From contig JADHNN010000002.1 in assembly GCA_016779485.1 (NCBI GenBank), forward strand, positions 580-64,579: 64,000 nucleotides of DNA. Direction: 5' to 3'. The notes beneath the pieces were generated by a model that saw only the letters and a program-made list of their open reading frames with translations, did no database searches and had not been told where the DNA came from. Source of the DNA: Gammaproteobacteria bacterium (GTDB taxonomy: Bacteria > Pseudomonadota > Gammaproteobacteria > GCA-002705445 > GCA-002716945). Position numbers and translations under genes: made by a program. Below, piece after piece: positions 51,572 through 61,554 of the stretch (position 1 is its first letter; the number at the start of each line of letters is the position of its first letter).

Positions 51572-52776
51572 ATATTAAGAGATTGAATGGGTAGTTTTCT
51601 AGAAGCTTTCATTGCTGGATAAATAGAGGACATTACAACTAATAACAATGCAATTGATATAACGTTATAGATATCAGATTTAGTTATTATATGTGGAACT
51701 TTATCTAAATGGTAAATATCAGGTGATATTAGAGAGATATTAAAAATACCCTCTGCAAATGTAACAATTTCATTTATGTTAATTGATAATAACAAGCCAA
51801 GAATTACTCCGAATGAAATACCAAGCAGACCAATAATTATGCCTTGCATCAGAAATATTGATCTAATGGTACTAGCTTTCAAACCTATTGACATCAATAT
51901 AGCTATATCCTTTTGTTTGTTCATAACAAGAAGTGACAAAGATGAAATAATATTAAATGCTGCAATCGCAATTATTAAAGTGAGTATTATGAACATCACT
52001 CTTTTTTCATTATTTATGGCTTGAAAAAGAGCATTGTGTGTTTCTGTCCAGTTGCTAGTGATTAATGAATGTGAATCAAATAAGTTTCTAGATATATTAG
52101 ATGCTTGTAGTGCATCTTTCAGCCTTAGTTTGATATATGAAAAGTTTTTAGCTGGAACATAATTAGATTTATTTCCATACATGAATCTTGCATTGTACTC
52201 ATTAATGCCTGAATCAAAAATGCCCTTTATAGTCATGATGTTATTTTTGAAATTTTTTTTATAATTAGTGATTGATATTTTGTCACCAATAGAAACATTT
52301 AAATTATTTGCCAGTACAGTCCCGATTATTACATCGGTTGATTTATTGAGAGAAAAATCTCCCATAATAATCATGTCAGATATGTTAGTTGTTAGTTTTT
52401 CTTGTTCACTTGATACACTATGAAAGATAACAGGATAGTTACTTACTGAGTCTGATGAAATTAATTCCTCATCTCTGTTGATAAACGAATAGGAAACAAT
52501 CTCTTCTTGAGATTTAATAATTGATATTATCTGATCAGATGTTATGTGATTATGCGGATAAATATTAACGTGTGACGTAAAGCCTAATATTTTATCTCTA
52601 AGTTCTTTTTCAAAACCGTTCATTACTGATAGAACAGTTATTAAAATACCTACGCCTAACATTAATCCTATAATTGATACTTTTGAAATTATAGAAATAA
52701 ATGATAAATTATAACGAGAAAATAAAAAACGATATGCTATAAACAAATTCATAGCTACACTATAGCAAATCTTCAT
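51568..52776 (-). CDS. lolC: lipoprotein-releasing system permease (LolC/LolE family, FtsX/MacB-type fold)
   Basis: 402 aa with four TM helices and a large periplasmic loop between TM1 and TM2. Overlaps the lolD start. Confidence 0.65.
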   Translation of the reverse strand: MKICYSVAMNLFIAYRFLFSRYNLSFISIISKVSIIGLMLGVGILITVLSVMNGFEKELRDKILGFTSHVNIYPHNHITSDQIISIIKSQEEIVSYSFINRDEELISSDSVSNYPVIFHSVSSEQEKLTTNISDMIIMGDFSLNKSTDVIIGTVLANNLNVSIGDKISITNYKKNFKNNIMTIKGIFDSGINEYNARFMYGNKSNYVPAKNFSYIKLRLKDALQASNISRNLFDSHSLITSNWTETHNALFQAINNEKRVMFIILTLIIAIAAFNIISSLSLLVMNKQKDIAILMSIGLKASTIRSIFLMQGIIIGLLGISFGVILGLLLSININEIVTFAEGIFNISLISPDIYHLDKVPHIITKSDIYNVISIALLLVVMSSIYPAMKASRKLPIQSLNI

Positions 52777-52782
52777 ATAAAT

Positions 52783-53781
52783 ATGACAATGTTAGATAAT
52801 AAATTATTTGCTGATTATGAGTCAAATCACATTGTTATGACATATCCCTCCATGCATGTAGAGTTAGAATATTATAAAAAGATAAAACATGTATATATCA
52901 ATTTATCAAAAATCTTATCTCATAATAAAATCCTGCAAAGCTTTATCGTCCCAAAAGATTTTAAAGAATCGAAGTCATTTTTACATGAATTAAATCAACA
53001 CGTAAATATTATAAAATATGATTGCGATGATATATGGATAAGAGATTATTATCCTAAAATTTATCTCAAGAATGGCTCTAAATATAAGTTAGACTTTGAT
53101 TACAACGCTTATGGAGAAAAATATCCTTTTAGGAAAGATGATTATTTCAAATATACATTGGATCAGTATAACACTGAATTTGATTTAAGTGGCTTTGTGC
53201 TTGAAGGTGGCAATTTAGAATTTTCCAAAAGAGGTGTAGCAATTTCTAATTCTAGATGTTTAAAAAAAAATAATTATAAATGCTCAGTTCAGGATGTTTT
53301 GGATAAATTGCTATTTATAAAAAATAAACTATCTTTTAATGAACTTCATATGATTGAAGTAGGCAATATACAAGGTGATGATACTAATGGACATATCGAT
53401 AATCTTGTAAGATTTATTGATGATGAGAATATAGTATATTTTGCCTCAAATGATAAACAATATATTAATTTTGATATAGCAAAAGAATTAGAGCATCAAT
53501 TGTTAATAATAAAAAGAAAAAGTAAGATTATTAAAAACATTTTCCCAATATTTCACAATGAAGAAGATACCTTTATTTATAATGATAATTATTATCCATA
53601 CTCTAAATTAAATTTCGTTATTACATCTAACTGTATTATTTTTCCATCAATAAAAAAAAATCAATCATATTTATCAAATTGGATAGAAAAGATAGCTTCA
53701 AGCAAGAAAAAATATATTATTAACTGTGAAGGTATTTTAATAGAAAATGGAGGACTACATTGTTTAAGCGCAAATATTTAG
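52783..53781 (+). CDS. aguA: agmatine deiminase family protein
   Basis: DDIWIRDYYP and a C-terminal GGLHCLS (catalytic Cys), characteristic of the agmatine deiminase/porphyranase-type PAD fold. Confidence 0.8.
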   Translation: MTMLDNKLFADYESNHIVMTYPSMHVELEYYKKIKHVYINLSKILSHNKILQSFIVPKDFKESKSFLHELNQHVNIIKYDCDDIWIRDYYPKIYLKNGSKYKLDFDYNAYGEKYPFRKDDYFKYTLDQYNTEFDLSGFVLEGGNLEFSKRGVAISNSRCLKKNNYKCSVQDVLDKLLFIKNKLSFNELHMIEVGNIQGDDTNGHIDNLVRFIDDENIVYFASNDKQYINFDIAKELEHQLLIIKRKSKIIKNIFPIFHNEEDTFIYNDNYYPYSKLNFVITSNCIIFPSIKKNQSYLSNWIEKIASSKKKYIINCEGILIENGGLHCLSANI

Positions 53782-54599
53782 ATTTGGTTATATTGCAGTA
53801 TAAGCCTGTTTCAGATCAAAGTAAGAATATTAAACACATAGACTATTTACTGAATAAATACGCGATAAAAAAATACTCATGTGTTGTCTGCCCTGAATTA
53901 TCACTTCAAGATTATTTTTGTATTACTAAAGATGTGAATAAGTTTAAAAATGCTATCTCTATAAATTCAAAAATAGTTAAATCATTAAAAGATATTTGTA
54001 ATAAGTATAAAATTTATCTATGCGTAACGATTTTTGAAAAGTCTAGAGATAAATATTACAATACGGCAGTCATAATTAATACATATGGGAAAATAATAAA
54101 AAAATATAGAAAAAAAAATATTCCTTCAGAAATATGTTATGAGGAGAAATATTATTTTGATAGCCCAACAAACAATTATGAATTTTTCTCTATTGATGAC
54201 TTTAGGGTTGGAATATTAATTTGCTGGGATCAATGGCATTCAGATGCTTATCAAAAGCTTAAAAAGAAAAATGTTGACTGTATAATCTGTCCCACAGCTA
54301 TTGGAACATGTAGATATAAAAATACTGAAATCCTGATTGCAAATGAAAAAAAGAAATGGATCAACGTTATTGAAGCTAACAGTTTAATGATAAACACACC
54401 CATTGCTATCGTGAATCGTATAGGTTTAGAAAAACAAAACGAGAAACAAATTATCTTTTGGGGAATGAGTTTTGTAACAAATCCCCATGGTACTAGTCAA
54501 AAAAAGAGTGCTAAGAAAGAGAGTGTAATAAAGCATACAATATTTAAAAAAGATGCTATTTCAGCAAAAAAAATGTGGAATTTCACTAATATGACCTAA
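53760..54599 (+). CDS. aguB: N-carbamoylputrescine amidase (carbon-nitrogen hydrolase)
   Basis: Nitrilase-superfamily E-K-C triad context (CPELS, ...ICWDQWH...). Overlaps the aguA end. Confidence 0.8.
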   Translation: MFKRKYLDLVILQYKPVSDQSKNIKHIDYLLNKYAIKKYSCVVCPELSLQDYFCITKDVNKFKNAISINSKIVKSLKDICNKYKIYLCVTIFEKSRDKYYNTAVIINTYGKIIKKYRKKNIPSEICYEEKYYFDSPTNNYEFFSIDDFRVGILICWDQWHSDAYQKLKKKNVDCIICPTAIGTCRYKNTEILIANEKKKWINVIEANSLMINTPIAIVNRIGLEKQNEKQIIFWGMSFVTNPHGTSQKKSAKKESVIKHTIFKKDAISAKKMWNFTNMT

Positions 54600-54697
54600 A
54601 AGGGTCAATATGAACGAATAAAAACATGTCAAAATATCTAGTTAGATATTATAATATTTGATAGAACAATTAGTTCTTTTAATCATGGAGGGAAAAT

Positions 54698-54844
54698 ATG
54701 AGGATAAATTTGATAATGCTGATGCTAGCTTTCACGGTTATGTCAGTTTCTCAACCATCATACAGTGAAACTATCTCGGAAGTAAAAATAATATTTTCTG
54801 ATGATCGTGAAAAACCTGCTGATGAAGAACCTGATTGCGAATAA
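54698..54844 (+). CDS. small secreted acidic peptide (hypothetical; not in the ORF track)
   Basis: 48-aa ORF MRINLIMLMLAFTVMSVSQPSYSETISEVKIIFSDDREKPADEEPDCE with GGAGGG SD. It has a signal peptide, and the mature part of about 29 aa is acidic and ends in Cys-Glu. Lies 16 nt upstream of the rhodanese gene. Confidence 0.35.
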   Translation: MRINLIMLMLAFTVMSVSQPSYSETISEVKIIFSDDREKPADEEPDCE

Positions 54845-54860
54845 TTAATTGGGAGGAGAT

Positions 54861-55538
54861 ATGTTAAAAATAAATAATTTTTTATCAGTTGCTTTATTCT
54901 CTTTAGTCTTAGTCTCGTTTACTGCAGTAGCAGGTAAACCAGTAGCTATATCTAAAGCAGATGGACCAAATTCATTAGAACTAGGTTTATCTGTTTCAGT
55001 TGGTGAACACAAGATTATGAGAAATCAAGATAATAGTGCGACTGTAAATCCTGCTTTTGCTAAAACATCTAGACCATGTCCACCGTTTTGCATTCAACCA
55101 ATGCAACTTAGACCTGGAATAGAAACAATTGGTGAACAGGAAATCATACACTATGCTGTAATGATGTCTAAAGGTGAAAAAATGCCAGATGGATCTGAAA
55201 TCATGATTATTGACTCAAGAACGCCTGACTGGGTTGCAAAAGGAACAATTCCCGGTGCAGTAAATTTACCTTGGACTCTTTTGAGTGAAAGAAAAGGTGC
55301 TGATCCATTATCTATTGCAGAAGTCATGACAACTAAATTTGGAGCTAAGGAACAAAACGGTTTATTTTATTTTGATAGCGCTAAAACTCTAGTAATGTTT
55401 TGCAATGGTATGTGGTGTGGTCAATCACCTAACAATATCAAAAGTTTATTAAAATATGGCTATCCGGCAGACAAACTTAAATGGTATCGTGGCGGAATGC
55501 AAAATTGGGAAAACCTTGGTTTTAATACTGTAAAATAA
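54861..55538 (+). CDS. periplasmic rhodanese-domain protein (sulfurtransferase-like) with atypical active-site loop
   Basis: GGGAGGAG SD and ATG at 54861. Signal peptide. The rhodanese fold ends with ...VMFCNGMWCGQSP...KWYRGGMQNWENLGF. There is an extra CPPFC motif near the N-terminus. Confidence 0.75.
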   Translation: MLKINNFLSVALFSLVLVSFTAVAGKPVAISKADGPNSLELGLSVSVGEHKIMRNQDNSATVNPAFAKTSRPCPPFCIQPMQLRPGIETIGEQEIIHYAVMMSKGEKMPDGSEIMIIDSRTPDWVAKGTIPGAVNLPWTLLSERKGADPLSIAEVMTTKFGAKEQNGLFYFDSAKTLVMFCNGMWCGQSPNNIKSLLKYGYPADKLKWYRGGMQNWENLGFNTVK

Positions 55539-55558
55539 AAAAATTAACATAATATTTT

Positions 55559-55589
55559 AAGCAGCACATTCTATGTGCTGCTTTTTTTT
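55559..55589 (+). terminator. rho-independent terminator downstream of the rhodanese gene
   Basis: Perfect 11-bp stem AAGCAGCACAT / ATGTGCTGCTT with a 3-nt loop, followed by a T8 run. Confidence 0.7.
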
Positions 55590-55601
55590 GAGTATATTCT
55601 T

Positions 55602-58600
55602 ATGGCTTTATTATCAAAGGGTGTAAATATAATAAAAAATATCTCGGGATCATCTTATTTGCTTGAGATTGATAAACTATGCACTGAATATCAATGTGTG
55701 GTAGTAATCTTAGATAATAATCACCAATTAGATAATATAGCGTGCGAGTTAAACTGTATATTCAAAGATAAAAAAATATTAAAGTTTCCAAGCCATGAAA
55801 ATGAATATTATGAAACTTCACCAGTAAATCAAGAAATTATTAAAAATAGATTAAATTGTTTAATCGATCTTGATCAAAAAAAACAAACAAAAAAAATTAT
55901 TTTAACAACATATAAATCTATTTTTAACAAGATACCTGATATCAAGAATACACATAGTTCATGGTCATTAATACATAAAAAAATAAAGTATGAAGATATA
56001 TTAGTTACATTAAAAAAATATAATTACACTAAAGTAAGTAAAATTGAAGAATCTGGACAATATAGACAAGCAGGATCTATTATAGATTTCTTTTCAATAG
56101 TAAATGATCGACCAATTAGACTTAATTTTTATGGTGATGTAATAGAAACATTAAAAGAGTTTAATTTAATTACGCAGATAACTGAAAATGAGGTAGAAAG
56201 TACTTACATTAGTACTGCGGGCTTATATCATTTGACGAATGAGAATATAGAAAATTATAAAAAGTATATATCAAATTCATTTAGTGACGAATATAAGGAT
56301 GATTTAGAATATGAAAATATTATAAATCATCATGACAATAGTAGTATTCAAAACTTGATACCATCATTTTATCAAGAAACTTTTTCTTTCCTATCTTTAA
56401 TAAAGAATAGTTTTGCATGTTTTATAGAGAAAGATATTATTGATGAATTTAATCATCAAAATGAAACCATGAAGAATATTTATAATATTGAATCTAAATT
56501 AAGATACATCTTGAAGCCAAATGATTTGTTAATAAATATGCCTACTATTAAAAAAATTGTAAGTAATAATTATTTTTATCTTGCTTCAGATAATGTTGAT
56601 GGAAAAAACAGTATTAAGTCTGCATACACTCCACTACCTCCCGTAAATATTAATTATAACTATAAAAATCCATTTACTAATTTTGAAAATCTACTAAATG
56701 CATCTTCATATAATTTTACTTTACTTATAAAAAGAGATGATAATTTTAAAACTATAACAAATTATTTAATTACAAAAGAAATATATTATATAGAAAGTGA
56801 AAATATAGAAAATACTGAGGAAAAAATACAAATAATTAGATCTGATATTAGCCAAGGCTTTATAGATAACAGTTCAAAACAAATATATATAAGTTCAAAT
56901 GATTTGTTTGGTCTTATAAAAACCAGAATTAATAAGAATAAGACAATAAAATCCATCATTATCGACAAGCTTACTGACTTAAAAATCAATGAGTTAATAG
57001 TACATCAAGAACATGGAATTGGAAGGTACAAGGGGCTTATAACAATGGATATTGAGAATAAGACTGTAGAATTAATAAAAATTGAATATGCAGATAACAA
57101 CAACCTTTATATCCCAATCACATCTATTTCATTAATTCAAAAATATATTGGTAATGTTAGTCTAAATACTAAATTAGCTACGCTAGGAACTGATAGATGG
57201 ATAAAAATTAAGCAAAGAGCTAAAAAGAAAATTGAAGACATAGCCGCAAATCTTCTTCTTGTTCAAGCAAAAAGAGCGCTAAATAAGGGTTTTAAATACG
57301 AATTTAACATTAATAGTTATGAGAAGTTTTGTAAAATGTTTCCGTATATTGAAACAGACGATCAATTGGATTGTATTAATGAAGTTATTAGTGACATGTG
57401 CTCATCAAAAACAATGGATAGAGTTGTTTGTGGTGATGTTGGCTTTGGAAAAACAGAGGTTATACTTAGGGCTGCACATATAGCGGTATCAAACTCTAAA
57501 CAGGTAATTATATTAGTCCCTACAACAATACTTGCGAAGCAACATTATCAAACATTTAAAACAAGATTTAGTAATTATAAAATAAACATAAGTTTGTTAA
57601 CGAGAGTAGTATCTACAGCTGAAAAGAAAGATACTTTAGAAAATATTAATAATGGAAAAATTAATATATTAATAGGTACGCATGCTTTATTAAATAAAAA
57701 TATTACATACCATAATTTGGGTTTACTTATAATAGATGAAGAACATAAATTTGGCGTAAAACATAAAGAAGTTATCAAAACCATAAAAGAAGACATAGAT
57801 GTACTATCTCTGACAGCTACTCCCATACCTAGGACTTTAAATGCTGCTTTATCTGAAATTAAAGACATGAGTATCATCAATACAGCACCTATTGGTAGAA
57901 AGAATATTGAAACTGATATAATTAATAAATCAAAAAATGATTTGTCTAAATATATCAATCGTGAAATTAACAGAGGTGGACAGATATTGTTTATACATAA
58001 TAATATCAAATCAATGGATGAAGAAATTAATTTATTAAAAGAAATAGATAGTAATTACAGAGTAGAAAAGGTTCATGGCAGATTAAAAAATAATGATATA
58101 GAAAATATAATGAATAGATTCATGAATGAAGAAATTGATATTCTAGTATGTACAAGTATTGTAGAAAGCGGTCTAGATATGACAAATGTTAATACAATAA
58201 TAATAAATGATGCTCAAAACTTTGGATTATCACAACTCCATCAAATGAGAGGACGCGTTGGAAGAAGTGCGAGACAGGCTTATGCGGGCTTAATATTATG
58301 TGATGCAAAAAAAATGACAAAAGAGGCTCATAGAAGAGTAGACGCTTTTATTAAAACAGATAGTCTTGCTGGAGGTCTAGATATTGCCGGACATGATTTA
58401 GATATAAGAGGTGCTGGTGAAATCTTAGGCGAAGAACAAAGTGGCCAGATACTAGAAATTGGTTATGGTATGTATACATCAATGTTATCTAAAGCTATAA
58501 ATCAATTAAAAAATAATAAAAAAATAACAAACAAGCAGCATGTTGAAGTGGATGCTTATATATCAACTCTTATACCACAGGAATATATTGAAGATATTTT

Positions 58601-58976
58601 TTTACGATTAGAATATTACAGTGAAATTTCAAATGTTAAAAATGAACATGAGTTGAATCAGATTATTAGTAAACTATTGGATATTTTTGGCCCGATACCT
58701 GAGTATTTAGATAATTTAATAAATTTAACTCGAGTAAGAATTTGTGCAAATAGTATTAATGCAGAAAAAATAAAAATAAATCGTGATAATACTGTTATTT
58801 CATTAAATAAGAATAGTCATATTGATCATGACCAACTGATTAATAAATATGTTCTTTCGGATAAGATTAAATTATTAGATGAGTACAATCTAAAATATTT
58901 AAATAATAAGGATCACGATTTTTCAACCATATGTAATGATATCATAAGTATGATTAGATTAATTTCTAGTCATTAG
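55602..58976 (+). CDS. mfd: transcription-repair coupling factor
   Basis: About 1120 aa with a UvrB-homology N-terminus, an RNAP-interaction domain and superfamily-2 helicase motifs (GDVGFGKTEV, DEEH). The start is moved to 55602 because the ORF-track start lies inside the terminator. Confidence 0.95.
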   Translation: MALLSKGVNIIKNISGSSYLLEIDKLCTEYQCVVVILDNNHQLDNIACELNCIFKDKKILKFPSHENEYYETSPVNQEIIKNRLNCLIDLDQKKQTKKIILTTYKSIFNKIPDIKNTHSSWSLIHKKIKYEDILVTLKKYNYTKVSKIEESGQYRQAGSIIDFFSIVNDRPIRLNFYGDVIETLKEFNLITQITENEVESTYISTAGLYHLTNENIENYKKYISNSFSDEYKDDLEYENIINHHDNSSIQNLIPSFYQETFSFLSLIKNSFACFIEKDIIDEFNHQNETMKNIYNIESKLRYILKPNDLLINMPTIKKIVSNNYFYLASDNVDGKNSIKSAYTPLPPVNINYNYKNPFTNFENLLNASSYNFTLLIKRDDNFKTITNYLITKEIYYIESENIENTEEKIQIIRSDISQGFIDNSSKQIYISSNDLFGLIKTRINKNKTIKSIIIDKLTDLKINELIVHQEHGIGRYKGLITMDIENKTVELIKIEYADNNNLYIPITSISLIQKYIGNVSLNTKLATLGTDRWIKIKQRAKKKIEDIAANLLLVQAKRALNKGFKYEFNINSYEKFCKMFPYIETDDQLDCINEVISDMCSSKTMDRVVCGDVGFGKTEVILRAAHIAVSNSKQVIILVPTTILAKQHYQTFKTRFSNYKINISLLTRVVSTAEKKDTLENINNGKINILIGTHALLNKNITYHNLGLLIIDEEHKFGVKHKEVIKTIKEDIDVLSLTATPIPRTLNAALSEIKDMSIINTAPIGRKNIETDIINKSKNDLSKYINREINRGGQILFIHNNIKSMDEEINLLKEIDSNYRVEKVHGRLKNNDIENIMNRFMNEEIDILVCTSIVESGLDMTNVNTIIINDAQNFGLSQLHQMRGRVGRSARQAYAGLILCDAKKMTKEAHRRVDAFIKTDSLAGGLDIAGHDLDIRGAGEILGEEQSGQILEIGYGMYTSMLSKAINQLKNNKKITNKQHVEVDAYISTLIPQEYIEDIFLRLEYYSEISNVKNEHELNQIISKLLDIFGPIPEYLDNLINLTRVRICANSINAEKIKINRDNTVISLNKNSHIDHDQLINKYVLSDKIKLLDEYNLKYLNNKDHDFSTICNDIISMIRLISSH

Positions 58977-60030
58977 TTACATGTTTTAGAAGTACTGATG
59001 TTGTTGGATACGCTATTTCTGCCTCATGTTTTGATATAATATCAGCTACTTTAAGAAGTACATCTTGTTTGATTCTTAGAAATTCATCCCAATCTTTAGT
59101 TATCGTAAATGCATATATAAAAAAATCACAAGATGATGCTGAAAAACTTTTAAAGTATACTTTGGTTTTTTGTGCCTGATCAATGTCCACATTCTGATCT
59201 AAAAGATTTCTTACATCAGATATTATATTAGACATCTTGGATAAATCATCATACCTTATACCAATAGTTTCATTGATTCTTCTATTAGACATACGCGTAG
59301 CATTTTCAACGATAATACTTGAAAAGGCAGTATTTGGTATATACAAGACATTTTTTGAGAATGTTCTGACAACTGTTAGCCTCCATCCTATTTTTTCTAC
59401 TATTCCTTCGATATTTCTATCAGGTGATTTGATAAATTCACCAACTCTAAATGGCCTATCAAAAAAAATCATCATCCCACCAAAAAAGTTTGATAATAAA
59501 TCTTTAGCTGCAAGACCAACAATTAGTCCCCCTACTCCTCCAAATGCAAGTAATCCGGATATGCTTAAACCGATTTCTTGCATAAGAATTAGTGATGTAA
59601 TGACAATTATTATTATCTTGGATATTCTGACTATTATTTCATAAGTTTCAGTAATTAATGTAGAGTCATCCTCACTTGAGAGATTCTTAATAAAAGGTTT
59701 AAGATTTAAATAATAATTTAATGCTCTTATTAAGGACCATGCTATAAGTACTGTAATTAATATGAATAGAGCCGAAGGTAAACTAAATGCTAAATCAAAG
59801 TTATTTTTTTTAATGAAGTAATCTAATACGATAAATAAATAACCAATAACAATTAGATATGATGATGGCGTTTTAATTGAGAATAAAACTAATTCGTCAT
59901 AGATAGTATTAGTTTTTTCTGAGATTTTTAGAATAATGCTTAAGATTTTATTCTTGATTATAAAAATAAATATAGTAATTAAGCTTATAAAAATAAGATT
60001 AAAATATGGAGAATCAATCAATATATTCAT
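58966..60030 (-). CDS. mechanosensitive ion channel family protein (MscS-like)
   Basis: N-terminal TM helices plus a conserved MscS beta-domain (...GVGGLIVGLAAKD...). Confidence 0.8.
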   Translation of the reverse strand: MNILIDSPYFNLIFISLITIFIFIIKNKILSIILKISEKTNTIYDELVLFSIKTPSSYLIVIGYLFIVLDYFIKKNNFDLAFSLPSALFILITVLIAWSLIRALNYYLNLKPFIKNLSSEDDSTLITETYEIIVRISKIIIIVITSLILMQEIGLSISGLLAFGGVGGLIVGLAAKDLLSNFFGGMMIFFDRPFRVGEFIKSPDRNIEGIVEKIGWRLTVVRTFSKNVLYIPNTAFSSIIVENATRMSNRRINETIGIRYDDLSKMSNIISDVRNLLDQNVDIDQAQKTKVYFKSFSASSCDFFIYAFTITKDWDEFLRIKQDVLLKVADIISKHEAEIAYPTTSVLLKHVTND

Positions 60031-60032
60031 TA

Positions 60033-61082
60033 CTAGTCGATATACCCTTTAATAAAGTCTTTAGCCTTTTTATAAGAACTCATACTACCTTTATTATAAG
60101 ACAAATCAGTTAGACATTGTAAGGTAATATCAGAATTATAATTCATTGAGTCAATCATACTGATATATTCATCCATATAGAACTGAGAGCTTTTCTTATT
60201 ATTGATAATCATTTGGTCTTGCATTGTAGTTACAATTGCCATCGAACATCCGCATGATAGAGATTTTTCTAGGAGCTTGATCTTGGATAAATCAGGATAG
60301 CGCTTACTAATACCTTTCATTTCTAAATCATCACTTATATAAAAAGGATTAATATTAAATATATCAGTGGTGATATTATCAAGCCAAGTTGATGATGTTG
60401 TAACTGGATGATCGGAAATACTATCAAATTGAATATGGCTTGTCATGATAGGGACATTAAATTCTTTATGTATTTTTATAAAAGGATATAAATGATTATT
60501 TAATTGGGAAATTGTAAGATTAGATTTAGAGAGATCTAAATGAGTATCTCCAGTTACGCATCCATGGCCAGGAAAATGCTTTAGTGTAGGAATAATACCA
60601 TTTTCAATTAATCCATTTAAATATGGTTTCACTAAATCAACAATATCATTACCATTATTAGCAAATGTACGACCCTTCATTACATCACTACTTATCCTTA
60701 AATCTACTACTGGTGAAAAGTTTATATCTATGCCCAGAGTTTTAAGTTCATAACCAGCTACATAACCTACACAATAAGATAATTCTTTTCCAAAATTTTT
60801 ATCAGAATTATATACATTGCCAATTATCTCAAAAGAAGGAAGATGTGTGAGACCAGTTTTAAATCTCTGTACCCTACCCCCTTCATGATCGATAAATATT
60901 TTCAATTTATCGTTAATATTTTTTATATTATGAATTAATAATCTTATTTGATTTACATCATGATAGTTATGTTCAAAAAGTATTACTCCACCTATTAATT
61001 GACTTTTTAATAGAGATACTTCTTCATCAAGAATATAAGTAGAGTCTAGATTTATAATAAGCGGTCCTGGAATGTTAGCCAT
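60033..61082 (-). CDS. nagZ: beta-N-acetylhexosaminidase
   Basis: GH3 N-terminal domain with IDHEGGRVQRF and KHFPGHG motifs. 349 aa. Confidence 0.9.
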   Translation of the reverse strand: MANIPGPLIINLDSTYILDEEVSLLKSQLIGGVILFEHNYHDVNQIRLLIHNIKNINDKLKIFIDHEGGRVQRFKTGLTHLPSFEIIGNVYNSDKNFGKELSYCVGYVAGYELKTLGIDINFSPVVDLRISSDVMKGRTFANNGNDIVDLVKPYLNGLIENGIIPTLKHFPGHGCVTGDTHLDLSKSNLTISQLNNHLYPFIKIHKEFNVPIMTSHIQFDSISDHPVTTSSTWLDNITTDIFNINPFYISDDLEMKGISKRYPDLSKIKLLEKSLSCGCSMAIVTTMQDQMIINNKKSSQFYMDEYISMIDSMNYNSDITLQCLTDLSYNKGSMSSYKKAKDFIKGYID

Positions 61083-61554
61083 TAGATATCAATATGGTTG
61101 AATAACATGATACTGCTTTATTCTGACCTATAAGGCCTATTTTTTGAGAAGTGGATGATTTTATACTAATTTGGTTAATACTTATATCTAAAAAATTTGA
61201 TAAAGACTCTCTCATTCTAATGATTTGTGGCTGCAAACGTGGGCTCTCTATAACTATAGTGATATCAATATTATTAATCTTATAGTTTCTTTTTCTGAGA
61301 AGACTGTAGGCATGGTCTAAGATATTTTTACTATTAATATTCTTATTTTTAGAATTTGAGGGGAAATGTATACCTATATCACCCTCTGCAATGGAACCAT
61401 AAATAGCATCAGATAATGAATGTAAAACAATATCGCCATCTGAATGAGCTTCAGTTGTGTATTTAGAGGCAATTTCTACACCAGCAAGAAGTATAGAATT
61501 ACCATTTTGTAACTTATGCATGTCATAACCAAAACCAATGCGTGTATTACTCAT
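61075..61554 (-). CDS. ispF: 2-C-methyl-D-erythritol 2,4-cyclodiphosphate synthase
   Basis: IGFGYDMHKL and SDGDIVLHSLSDA motifs. Confidence 0.95.
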   Translation of the reverse strand: MSNTRIGFGYDMHKLQNGNSILLAGVEIASKYTTEAHSDGDIVLHSLSDAIYGSIAEGDIGIHFPSNSKNKNINSKNILDHAYSLLRKRNYKINNIDITIVIESPRLQPQIIRMRESLSNFLDISINQISIKSSTSQKIGLIGQNKAVSCYSTILISNG

